Assembly: GCA_025934735.1 (NCBI GenBank)
Contig: JAICWP010000009.1
Location: 71,640-135,639 of the forward strand
Source: Terriglobales bacterium
GTDB taxonomy: Bacteria > Acidobacteriota > Terriglobia > Terriglobales > Acidobacteriaceae
Direction: 5' to 3'
Length of the DNA: 64,000 nucleotides
The notes under the pieces are model-generated. The model was not told the DNA's origin. It did not search any database and was given only the letters and a program-made list of their open reading frames with translations. How positions within the stretch are numbered: position 1 is the stretch's first letter; the number at the start of each line of letters is the position of its first letter. Below are positions 48,401 to 55,108 of the stretch, one piece after another. The position numbers and the translations under genes were made by a program.

Positions 48401-49447
48401 GGCGACGGCAGCGTGACCGGCAACGTTACCGCGACGCAGGCTGTCTACGACATGTATTCCTGCTTCACGGGTAACGAGACCAGCGCGCTGTACGGAATTG
48501 ACGTGCCTGGCGGCTTCGGTATTACTACCAGTCCGGGCGGTTGTTTCCCGGCTTGCGCAACCATTAACGGAAAGCAAACCAATGGCTACGATTTCTACAA
48601 CCCGCAGTGGTCGTCACTGTATGCCTGGCGCAGCATTGGGAACAGCGTCTACAACGGGCTGCAGCTCAGCTTGCGCAAGCGGATGAGCAACGGGCTGAAC
48701 TTCGACCTGAACTACACCTACTCCAAGTCCATAGATGTCGGATCGAATGCGGAGCGTATTAATGAGTTCGAAGGCTTCGGTGTGGGTTCCAGCCAGATCA
48801 TCAATGCCTGGTCGCCGAAGCAGTTGCGTGCCGTTTCCGATTTCGACAACACCCACCAGATCAACGCCAACTGGGTCTATGAGCTTCCGGTCGGCCGCGG
48901 CAAGCACTTTGGCAGCGGCATGGGAGGCGTGCTCAACGCCCTGGTAGGCGGCTGGTCCATTTCGGGCCTGTGGCGCTGGTCCAGCGGCTTCCCATTCAGT
49001 GTGGGGCCGGGTCTGGGCTTCTGGGGTACGGACTGGCAGCTCACTTCCAACGTGGTGCAGAACGGCCCTATGCCGAAAACTGGTAGCTTCAATGTCGCCG
49101 CTACTCCCGGTGGTTCGGTGCTGCCTAACGTCTTTCAGGATCCAGCCGCGGCGATTAAAGATTTCCGGCTGGCTTTTCCCGGAGAGTCAGGACAGCGTAA
49201 TAACCTGCGTGGTCCGGGCACATTCGACATTGATGCCAGCCTGGGCAAGACCTGGAAGGTTACCGAAGGCAAGGACTTCAGCTTCCGCTGGGAAACCTTC
49301 AACATCACCAACACCCCGCGGTTTGACGTAGGCCAGATGCAGTTCAATGGCAACAACACGCTGGCAACTGCCGCGACTTTCGGCACATTCACCAACACTC
49401 TGAACAAGCCGCGGCTGATGGAGTTTGCCCTGCGGTTCACATTCTAG
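45494..49447 (+). CDS. Giant TonB-dependent-receptor-like outer-membrane protein with carboxypeptidase-regulatory-like domain (second copy)
   Basis: Start set at ATG 45494 (MRIAKLIFLFAFAALLSVYVFAQ). Contains GTVTDPKGAVIPGATVTISNPQTGYTRTVKSNSQGVYQFLEVPPATYKLTSDASGF and terminal ...ALRFTF. Same architecture as 17150..20704. Confidence 0.85.
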   Translation: MRIAKLIFLFAFAALLSVYVFAQTGTSSLRGTVTDPKGAVIPGATVTISNPQTGYTRTVKSNSQGVYQFLEVPPATYKLTSDASGFATLTQANVILMVNTPAMLDLGMQVAGAATTVEVTGAAPLVNTQDASLGHAFNALQIQDLPFEGRDPAGILSLQAGVAYTGNNDQAMPQSQDSRSGSVAGARSDQANITIDGVDNNDPILGQAFQGALRATLDSLQEFRVTTTGGNADEGRSSGAQVVLVTKSGTNDFHGTLYEYHRPTFTTANDWFVKNAQLGAGEPNIPGKLIRNTFGGAIGGPIKKDRLFFFATYEGQRLRENTSIVRTVPSADLRNGFISYITDTGTVQRLSPADIASMDPNCSTTCPLGPGANPAVMQIFKQYPLPNTNIVGDGFNFRGFQFTAGAPAKRDTYIVKLDYNLTQNGNHRLFVRGNLQNDSVAGIGNDGPEFPGDPPNVTNKGNNKGISVGYTAILRDNLINNFRYGFIREGIDNVGLQNSAFVNFRGLNDLNGQTPTTRVTVPMHNLVDDVTWTKGKHTFQFGGNIRIINDERLGNTDSFNFGQTNVSWLQAAGIAGSGGTLDPGNFGFPAVSSDFGQSYDLPMAALAGLVPFVEGEYNRNKTAALLPQGAFVPRHFKAHEAEWYAQDTLRVTPSLTLTFGARYTLLQPPYEVNGNQVAPTIDLSQFYTQRGQLAQQGLPYNVCPPDPNKCTNLVGLGLSGPANGKPPLWNWDYGNIAPRFSFAWAPSYDSGILKHITGGSAGKFSVRGGYGIYYDHFGEGIVNSFDRNGSFGLTTLIDNPAGTQTPDTSPRFSQPSVTTIPTMSAIGNILPPPPSGPFPSIPPADLGGGGFAITWGLDGKMHTPYSHVVNFSVTRELPKNFVVEASYVGRFAHHLLQEEDMSQPVDLVDPKSHMDYFTAATLLAKAANAGVPIQQIKNIPFWQNFFPSAAGAAATQLGFGFGPGNGCAPGDGSVTGNVTATQAVYDMYSCFTGNETSALYGIDVPGGFGITTSPGGCFPACATINGKQTNGYDFYNPQWSSLYAWRSIGNSVYNGLQLSLRKRMSNGLNFDLNYTYSKSIDVGSNAERINEFEGFGVGSSQIINAWSPKQLRAVSDFDNTHQINANWVYELPVGRGKHFGSGMGGVLNALVGGWSISGLWRWSSGFPFSVGPGLGFWGTDWQLTSNVVQNGPMPKTGSFNVAATPGGSVLPNVFQDPAAAIKDFRLAFPGESGQRNNLRGPGTFDIDASLGKTWKVTEGKDFSFRWETFNITNTPRFDVGQMQFNGNNTLATAATFGTFTNTLNKPRLMEFALRFTF

Positions 49448-49483
49448 AACTCCCCACCCGCACCATAGCGTGCGGCCAGCTTA

Positions 49484-49513
49484 GGGGGCGGAAATTCCGC
49501 CCCCAATTTTTTT
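49484..49513 (+). terminator. Rho-independent terminator after the second giant OMP gene
   Basis: GGGGGCGGA-AAT-TCCGCCCCC followed by AATTTTTTT. Confidence 0.75.
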
Positions 49514-49632
49514 GCGCGAGTACCAGGCCAGCTGCCCCCCGCACTGCCAAGGTGAAACTTGGCACAAGCAGCAGGCGCGTGCTCACAGACATCCAACCGG
49601 ACGTTGCGCGTAAAATTGTCCCGGAGGCGGAT

Positions 49633-50049
49633 ATGAAGGCGGAGCCGACGCTGAATGCAGACGTGAGTGCAATCATCCACAAAACCGGAGACGACTGGGC
49701 GCGCTACTGGAACTCGCGGCAGCCCGAAAAGCTGGCCCAACTTTACGCCGAAGACGCGGTCTACCTGCCGCCGCATCACCCTGCCGTGCATGGCCGGGAG
49801 GCCATTCGCGAGTACCTGAGCCGGCCCCTGCACCACGACTACACCGACTTGAAATTTGAAGTCACCTACGTCAAGCAGACCGGCGAGCTGGCCTTCGACG
49901 TGGGCACCTACACCATGAAAGTGCCCAAGGAAGGCGGCGGGCAAAAGCCCGACAAGGGCAAGTACCTGACCGTGTGGAGAAAGCGCCAGGGCGGCGATTG
50001 GCACATCGTGGCGGATTCATGGTCCAGCGATCTGCCACACAACCAGTAG
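49633..50049 (+). CDS. SnoaL-like / DUF4440 (NTF2-fold) protein
   Basis: Start set at ATG 49633. The pattern DDWARYWNSRQPEKLAQLYAEDAVYLPPHHPAVHGREAIREYL...GKYLTVWRKRQGGDWHIVADSW is typical of DUF4440. Confidence 0.6.
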   Translation: MKAEPTLNADVSAIIHKTGDDWARYWNSRQPEKLAQLYAEDAVYLPPHHPAVHGREAIREYLSRPLHHDYTDLKFEVTYVKQTGELAFDVGTYTMKVPKEGGGQKPDKGKYLTVWRKRQGGDWHIVADSWSSDLPHNQ

Positions 50050-50072
50050 TTGGTCAGTAGTCGGGAGTCAGC
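50045..50072. repeat. GGGAGT/AGTAG-word repeat directly at the stop of the SnoaL-like gene
   Basis: AGTAGTTGGTCAGTAGTCGGGAGTCAG. The core AGTCGGGAGTC is at 50059-50069. Confidence 0.55.
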
Positions 50073-50105
50073 CAGGAACCGGGCTGCCCGAATGGAGGCC
50101 TTTGA

Positions 50106-50486
50106 GTGGTAGGCCTGAACATCGATGTAGACGGGCTTGGAAAGAAACTGCTCTCAATAGCAGCCAAGCCACAAATCGCGATCGTCACCGCTAAATTTGG
50201 GATGAGCCCTGATGCCCTCGCCACCGAGAATAGCCTTTACGAGCACCTTCTATTTCTTCTGAAGTCCGGAGTGGCCTTAGAAATTGCGTTACGGCGCCTT
50301 GCAAGTCCCCAATGGCTTCGATACTCGCTCGAATTGCGAAGGAGCGGGAGATCGCAATCTGAGATTGCTTGGGCTCTTACGGACGAAGGCAGATTGAACC
50401 GAAGGGGCTCGTCTCCATTATTCGGAGGAGTAATTCCGTGGGTTCTTAGCTTATTTCGACGCTATCGAACGCCTCCGATCCAATAA
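50106..50486 (+). CDS. Doubtful ORF in an AT-richer islet; possible recombinase-like remnant
   Basis: GTG-initiated 126-aa ORF. Only one short stretch (RRSGRSQSEIAWALTDEGRLNRRG) resembles the HTH / 'IA..LN..G' segment of serine recombinases. No catalytic domain is present. Confidence 0.25.
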   Translation: MVGLNIDVDGLGKKLLSIAAKPQIAIVTAKFGMSPDALATENSLYEHLLFLLKSGVALEIALRRLASPQWLRYSLELRRSGRSQSEIAWALTDEGRLNRRGSSPLFGGVIPWVLSLFRRYRTPPIQ

Positions 50487-50492
50487 GTGACC

Positions 50493-50506
50493 GACTCCCG
50501 ACTCCC
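50493..50506. repeat. Inverted copy of the GGGAGTCGGGAGTC repeat
   Basis: GACTCCCGACTCCC is the reverse complement of GGGAGTCGGGAGTC. It lies 7 nt after the stop of ORF 50106..50486. Confidence 0.55.
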
Positions 50507-50580
50507 CCGCTTTGCCCAATTCAATCGCCAGCTAATACAATCTTAGGTTCGCACTTATATCTTAATGCGAGGAGAGCGGA

Positions 50581-51003
50581 ATGCAACGTAAGGCAAGCGC
50601 GGAGTGGAAGGGCAGTTTGAAGGAAGGCTCAGGAGCGGTTTCTTCCAGCAGCGGAGTGTTTTCCAAAACGCCATTCTCATTTGGTACGCGGTTCGGCGAC
50701 CAGCCGGGCACCAACCCGGAAGAGCTGATCGCGGCGGCACACGCGGGCTGCTTCTCCATGGCCCTTTCGGCGCAGTTGGGGAACGCCGGGCTGACCCCGG
50801 ACAGCATTAAAACCAATGCAACCTTGACCCTGGAAAAGCTGGATTCCGGCTGGACGATTACCGCCGTTCACCTGGACGTGACCGGCAAGGTACCAAAAGC
50901 CGACAAGGCGGCATTCGAGAAAGCGGCGGACGCGGCCAAGGCAGGCTGCCCGGTTTCCAAAGTGCTGAACGCCAAAATTACAATGAGCGCGAAACTGGAG
51001 TAG
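50581..51003 (+). CDS. osmC: OsmC-family peroxiredoxin
   Basis: AEWKGSLKEGSG...GTNPEELIAAAHAGCFSMAL...AKAGCPVSKVL. Both conserved Cys are present. Confidence 0.9.
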   Translation: MQRKASAEWKGSLKEGSGAVSSSSGVFSKTPFSFGTRFGDQPGTNPEELIAAAHAGCFSMALSAQLGNAGLTPDSIKTNATLTLEKLDSGWTITAVHLDVTGKVPKADKAAFEKAADAAKAGCPVSKVLNAKITMSAKLE

Positions 51004-51010
51004 CCAAAAT

Positions 51011-51069
51011 CAGGGAGTCGGGAGTGGGAGTCAGTAGGCAGCGGTGGGTAGCTGGGAGTTAGTAGTTGG
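51011..51069. repeat. GGGAGT-word microsatellite-like repeat directly after the osmC stop
   Basis: CAGGGAGTCGGGAGTGGGAGTCAGTAGGCAGCGGTGGGTAGCTGGGAGTTAGTAGTTGG has four GGGAGT words. The AGTTAGTAGTTGG tail recurs at 3911-3923. Confidence 0.6.
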
Positions 51070-51162
51070 CGATCGGCTGCGTGCAGTTCCCTGGTACTGG
51101 ATCACCAGCTACCCGCCACAAACTATCAAGGCCCCCGACCCTGAGCCTGACACCTTTTAAAC

Positions 51163-51564
51163 ATGGCAGAAAAACTTACCAAAACCGACGCCGAGTGGCG
51201 CCAGCAGCTTTCCCCCGACGAGTACCACGTTACTCGTCAGAAGGGCACGGAACCGGCTTTCAGTGGACGCTACTGGAACTCCAAGGAGCATGGCACCTAC
51301 AAGTGCGTGTGCTGCGGGGAGCCGCTGTTCAGCTCGGAAACTAAGTACGAGTCCGGCACCGGCTGGCCCAGCTTCTGGCAGCCTTTAGAAGAAGACCGGG
51401 TGGAAGCGCACCTCGATCGCAGCCATGGCATGGAGCGGACCGAAGCACTGTGCGCGCGTTGTGGGGCCCATCTGGGGCATGTGTTTGAAGATGGCCCTGC
51501 ACCTACCGGGCTGCGCTACTGCATGAACTCCGCCGCGCTCAAACTAGAATCCGACAAGAAATAA
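51163..51564 (+). CDS. msrB: Peptide-methionine (R)-S-oxide reductase MsrB
   Basis: CVCCGEPLF...GTGWPSFW...[16 protein letters not shown]...RYCMNS. It has the zinc CxxC pairs, and the catalytic residue is Cys, not Sec. Confidence 0.95.
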   Translation: MAEKLTKTDAEWRQQLSPDEYHVTRQKGTEPAFSGRYWNSKEHGTYKCVCCGEPLFSSETKYESGTGWPSFWQPLEEDRVEAHLDRSHGMERTEALCARCGAHLGHVFEDGPAPTGLRYCMNSAALKLESDKK

Positions 51565-51567
51565 TAA

Positions 51568-51592
51568 TTTCACCACGGAGACACGGAGGAAC
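51568..51592. repeat. CACGGAG REP-like element directly after the msrB stop
   Basis: TTTCACCACGGAGACACGGAGGAAC. Compare TCACCACGGAGTCACAGAGGCACGGAG at 11074-11100, after rpoD. Confidence 0.6.
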
Positions 51593-51614
51593 AAATTGTC
51601 AATTGACAATTTGT
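51591..51614. repeat. Perfect 24-nt palindrome between convergent msrB and tdh
   Basis: ACAAATTGTCAATTGACAATTTGT equals its own reverse complement. It is AT-rich in a GC-rich genome. Confidence 0.9.
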
Positions 51615-51669
51615 TGATGGACGATTGAAAACCGTTCCCAACGGATATGGACGGCACAAAGTTTTCGAC

Positions 51670-51701
51670 CAATCGTCAATGTTCAATCGACAATCGTCAA
51701 T
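51670..51701. repeat. Direct repeat of CAATCGTCAAT spaced 21 nt start-to-start
   Basis: CAATCGTCAAT occurs at 51670-51680 and 51691-51701. It shares GACAAT/ATTGTC-like words with the neighbouring palindrome. Confidence 0.6.
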
Positions 51702-51705
51702 TGCT

Positions 51706-52758
51706 TCATTTCACGCCATTCGGATAGAGCAGGATCTTGCTGGCCTCGCCGGTTTTCAGCCGCTCCATGCCCTTGCTGAAATCCTTCATGGACATGCGGT
51801 CGGTGATCACGGGGTGAAGGTCGAGCTTACCCGCCTTGAGCAGCGCGGTCATCTGGTACCAGGTCTGGTACATGCGGCGCCCATTGATGCCCTGGATGGT
51901 GATGCCCTTAAAAATTATGTCTTCGGAAAAGTTCAAAGCGATGGGCTTGGAGGTCAGGCCCAGGAGGGAAATGCGGCCGCCGCGGCGCACGATGTTGAAG
52001 GCTGTTCGAATGGCGTCCGGGTGGCCCGCCATCTCCAGCACCACGTCCACCCCCAGTCCCCCGGTGTGGTCCATCACAAAGGCGCGCACGTCCTCGCTTT
52101 TGGGATCGAGCACGTAATCCGCCTTCATCTGCTGGGCAATTTTTCGGCGGTACTGGTTGGTTTCGATCGCATAAACCGCGGTGGCTCCCACGGCCCGGGC
52201 AACAGCGATCGCAAACAGGCCGATGGGGCCGCAGCCGGTAATAGCCACTGTCCGGGCGGCGATCTCGCCCGCCAGCACAGTATGAACGGCGTTGCCCAGG
52301 GGGTCGAGGATAGAGGCGTATTCCTGGGGAATCTCCGGATCCAGCTTCCAGATGTTGGATTCGGGAATGCGCACGTACTCGGCAAAGGCGCCGTTGTCGT
52401 CCACCCCGATGATCTTCACGAATTGGCAAATATGAGCTTCGCCGGTGCGGCACTGCAGGCACTTGCCGCAGGCCACATGCATTTCCGCGGAGACAAAGTC
52501 GCCTTCCTTGACGCTGGTGACCTCGCCGCCCACCGCCGCCACCACGCCACAGAACTCGTGCCCCGGGATGAGAGGCGGATGGATGCGGCGCTGTGCCCAG
52601 GGATCCCAGTTGTAGATGTGCAGGTCGGTGCCGCAGACCGACGCCACCTTAACCTTCACCAGCACGTCGGTAAGGCCAATTTTGGGGATGGCGACGTCGC
52701 GGACCTCGGCGCCCGGTTTCGGCTCGGGCTTCACCACGGCGAGCATGGTTTCAGCCAT
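51706..52758 (-). CDS. tdh: L-threonine 3-dehydrogenase
   Basis: ASVCGTDLHIYNWDPWAQ, GHEFCGVV, CGKCLQCRTGEAHIC, ITGCGPIGL and GRRMYQTWYQMTALLKAGKLDL are co-linear with E. coli Tdh. Confidence 0.95.
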   Translation of the reverse strand: MAETMLAVVKPEPKPGAEVRDVAIPKIGLTDVLVKVKVASVCGTDLHIYNWDPWAQRRIHPPLIPGHEFCGVVAAVGGEVTSVKEGDFVSAEMHVACGKCLQCRTGEAHICQFVKIIGVDDNGAFAEYVRIPESNIWKLDPEIPQEYASILDPLGNAVHTVLAGEIAARTVAITGCGPIGLFAIAVARAVGATAVYAIETNQYRRKIAQQMKADYVLDPKSEDVRAFVMDHTGGLGVDVVLEMAGHPDAIRTAFNIVRRGGRISLLGLTSKPIALNFSEDIIFKGITIQGINGRRMYQTWYQMTALLKAGKLDLHPVITDRMSMKDFSKGMERLKTGEASKILLYPNGVK

Positions 52759-52916
52759 TCAGGTTTCTCACCTTCCGTTCCTACGCGCCGGGGGCGGAGT
52801 GCAGCAGGAAACTCCTGATTCTAACATTGGGGCGCGGAGGTGGCTGTTCGTATGGGCACGGGCTCTGGCCCGTGCAGGATGCGTCGCAGCCCCGCCTCCA
52901 CATACGCATCTGCAGA

Positions 52917-53435
52917 TCAGGGCTTAAACTTTTCCTGGCCAGGCTTGGGCACACTAAGCGATTTCCAGTCGGATCCGCGAAAGTGCTTGGCCACATAGGC
53001 GATCTGCCCAATGTGGTAGGCGTAGTGCAGCGAAGCCACATTGAGGGCTTTGAGCACGGAGTAAGGTTCGCCGCGAATGGTGATGGTGCGCTCCAGGTCC
53101 TCAGGGCGCAGCGCCTCCAGGCTGCTGAACAAAATGGTCCAGCTCTCCTCCCAGGAGCGCATGAGTTGGCCGCGCGCCATGCCGGCGGAATCCTCAAATT
53201 CCTGATCGCGATGGCGGTCGGGCTTCTCCCCGTCGCTGGTCAGAAAATCGGTGAAGCGCGAGCGCAGGTTGCCGGCAATGTGCTTCACGATCAAAGCGGC
53301 GCTGAGCGACTCGGGATCGGGCCGGCGAACAAATTCCTCATCGCTGAGTTGGGCAAGCGCGCCTTCCGCAAGCCTCTTGTAAGCTCGGAGCGCGCGAACA
53401 GCTTCGGAAATGTAGGCGGTAGGTAGGTCGGGCAT
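52917..53435 (-). CDS. DinB-family / DUF1572 four-helix-bundle protein
   Basis: 172 aa. Contains ...IVKHIAGNLRSRFTDFLTSDGEKPDRHRDQEF... and ...HYAYHIGQIAYVAKHF.. Confidence 0.6.
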   Translation of the reverse strand: MPDLPTAYISEAVRALRAYKRLAEGALAQLSDEEFVRRPDPESLSAALIVKHIAGNLRSRFTDFLTSDGEKPDRHRDQEFEDSAGMARGQLMRSWEESWTILFSSLEALRPEDLERTITIRGEPYSVLKALNVASLHYAYHIGQIAYVAKHFRGSDWKSLSVPKPGQEKFKP

Positions 53436-53484
53436 AGAGCTCCCGGCAATCGCCAGGCGCCCAAATTATCGCACCGAGTCCGTC

Positions 53485-53859
53485 TCAATTGATCATGAAG
53501 TTCACCGTATTGGAATTCTGACTGTTACTGCGAACATACACGGAAGCCGTACCCTTATTTGCGATGTCGGCAGCGGAGATTGCGGCCGTCACCTGGTTGC
53601 CCGTGACATAGGTGCTGGCACGAGGCGCGCCGTTCCAGTACAGCGTGGCATCGGTGCCGAAATTGCTGCCATTCACCGTCAGCACGAAGCCCATGCCGCC
53701 TGATGTAGCTGAGCTGGGAGAAAGTTGGCTGATGGCGGGCGCCGCCGTGGTGGGCGTGTTGCCGGTCATAGTGTTGTAGTTGTGGGAGCCGTAGCCGCAA
53801 CCCAGAGAAAACAGAACTATTCCCAGCAGCACGGCAATGCCATGATGAGGCAGTCGCAT
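53485..53859 (-). CDS. Lipoprotein with IPT/TIG domain
   Basis: Lipobox LFSLGC, then PAISQLSPSSATSGGMGFVLTVNGSNFGTDATLYWNGAPRASTYVTGNQVTAAI... Confidence 0.6.
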   Translation of the reverse strand: MRLPHHGIAVLLGIVLFSLGCGYGSHNYNTMTGNTPTTAAPAISQLSPSSATSGGMGFVLTVNGSNFGTDATLYWNGAPRASTYVTGNQVTAAISAADIANKGTASVYVRSNSQNSNTVNFMIN

Positions 53860-54104
53860 AGTGACCTCCCGGAGCGCAAAAGTGACTGTCTTGGGCCAAG
53901 AAGGCGAACTCGACTCGGCGGCGTGCCTGCGGCCTCTGATTGGGTAAATGACACAGGGCCGAATGTCATCCGCTGTTTTCCGCCATACGGGAAATGGCGG
54001 TCGCAGGACAACCGAGCCAGCAGTAAATCCGGTTCACGAAACAAGCGGCGAACGTCTTTGGTAACTTGCCCGCTGGTACGGGTGGCGTGTTTGAATTTGT
54101 CAGA

Positions 54105-54422
54105 ATGGAGAAGCGTCCGGCAACCCGCTACGATTTTCGCTGCGAAGCGGAATTTTGCAAGCGGGGGAGCAGCGCCACATTTCACGGCTTTTTGAGCGAC
54201 ATCAGCCTGACCGGCTGCTATATGGAGATTATGACGCCCGAGCCGGTGGGCACCAACGTGGAAATATTGTTTCAGGCCAATGGAGCGCTCGTGCGCCTGC
54301 CCGGCGTGGTGCGCGTGGTGCACCCCAGCATGGGGATGGGCATTGAATTTGCTCAGCTATCCCCGGAGTCAGCCCAGGCCCTGCACGGACTGGTCAAGGC
54401 GCAGGCCGCCGGAGCATCGTAG
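54105..54422 (+). CDS. Stand-alone PilZ-domain protein (third copy, complete motifs)
   Basis: Start set at ATG 54105 (MEKRPATRYDF...). R-P-A-T-R fits RxxxR and D-I-S-L-T-G fits DxSxxG. Confidence 0.8.
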   Translation: MEKRPATRYDFRCEAEFCKRGSSATFHGFLSDISLTGCYMEIMTPEPVGTNVEILFQANGALVRLPGVVRVVHPSMGMGIEFAQLSPESAQALHGLVKAQAAGAS

Positions 54423-54540
54423 CCCGTCTTCTTCGCGCCACAAATACACAAGAACTATCTGCGTCCTCTGCGTTGAAACTAAAAAAGACGGCCCCGGCGG
54501 GGCGAATGCCGAGGCCGCTCGCGCAGTGATGGCTCGCCGT

Positions 54541-54864
54541 TCAAGCCGCCACTGCGGCAATCACATGCTCGGAAATGGTGGTCTCCACCATGAAGGTGTT
54601 CACCACCATCGGCATGGTCAGGAAGGGCTTAACAATTTCGTTTACCTTGGGAAACGCTTCGCGCTCATAGCGCTCGGCGTCGTTCTTGGTGTGCCACAGG
54701 CTGAGAATGCAGAATTTCTCCGGCTTGGTCTCGTTTTCCAGGCCGATGATGTCTACGAATCCGGTGTGCCTCTTGAGTATCGGCAGGATTTCCTGGCGCA
54801 CCTTGGTGAGGAACTCGGGTTTCTTCTCCAGCTTCAGGTTGCCTTCCAGCATACGTGCGTACAT
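54541..54864 (-). CDS. ABM (antibiotic-biosynthesis-monooxygenase-like) ferredoxin-fold protein
   Basis: 107 aa. The pattern ...GFVDIIGLENETKPEKFCILSLWHTKNDAERYERE.F... is typical of ABM/dimeric alpha-beta-barrel proteins. Confidence 0.55.
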   Translation of the reverse strand: MYARMLEGNLKLEKKPEFLTKVRQEILPILKRHTGFVDIIGLENETKPEKFCILSLWHTKNDAERYEREAFPKVNEIVKPFLTMPMVVNTFMVETTISEHVIAAVAA

Positions 54865-55108
54865 AGGAAGCGCTCCTTTCAGTGAGGTTATGTATTACGG
54901 GTTCGACTCCGCCCACCGGGAGGGCGAAATCAGTTTCGCCAGATGTCGCGACATCAAATCTCGGATACCGAAAGCCTAAACCTGGAGAGCCCGAAGGAAA
55001 GACAAAGCGTCACAAAAATTTGCCTGCACGTGCCGATTTGGGAGGGACCTGACGCGCTAGCAAAACTCTATTGCGTGTTATCACCCCAACACAAGAAACC
55101 GCATTCGC

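Noticed and set aside
49560-49575. Possible sigma-54 promoter (TGGCAC) upstream of the SnoaL-like gene
   Set aside because: The -12 element is absent at the required spacing (TGGCACAAGCAGCAG has AG where GC is needed).
50106-50486. Intact insertion sequence or integrase gene
   Set aside because: There is no transposase or recombinase catalytic domain, no long terminal inverted repeats beyond the 14-nt GGGAGT words, and no target-site duplication that I could verify. It is kept only as a possible remnant.
54899-54914. tRNA-like T-arm string GGGTTCGACTCCGCCC
   Set aside because: The flanks do not form a 5-bp T-stem (ACGGG vs CCGCC mismatches). No matching acceptor stem, D-arm or anticodon arm lies upstream, and there is no CCA context. 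It is at most a chance match or a tiny tRNA remnant.
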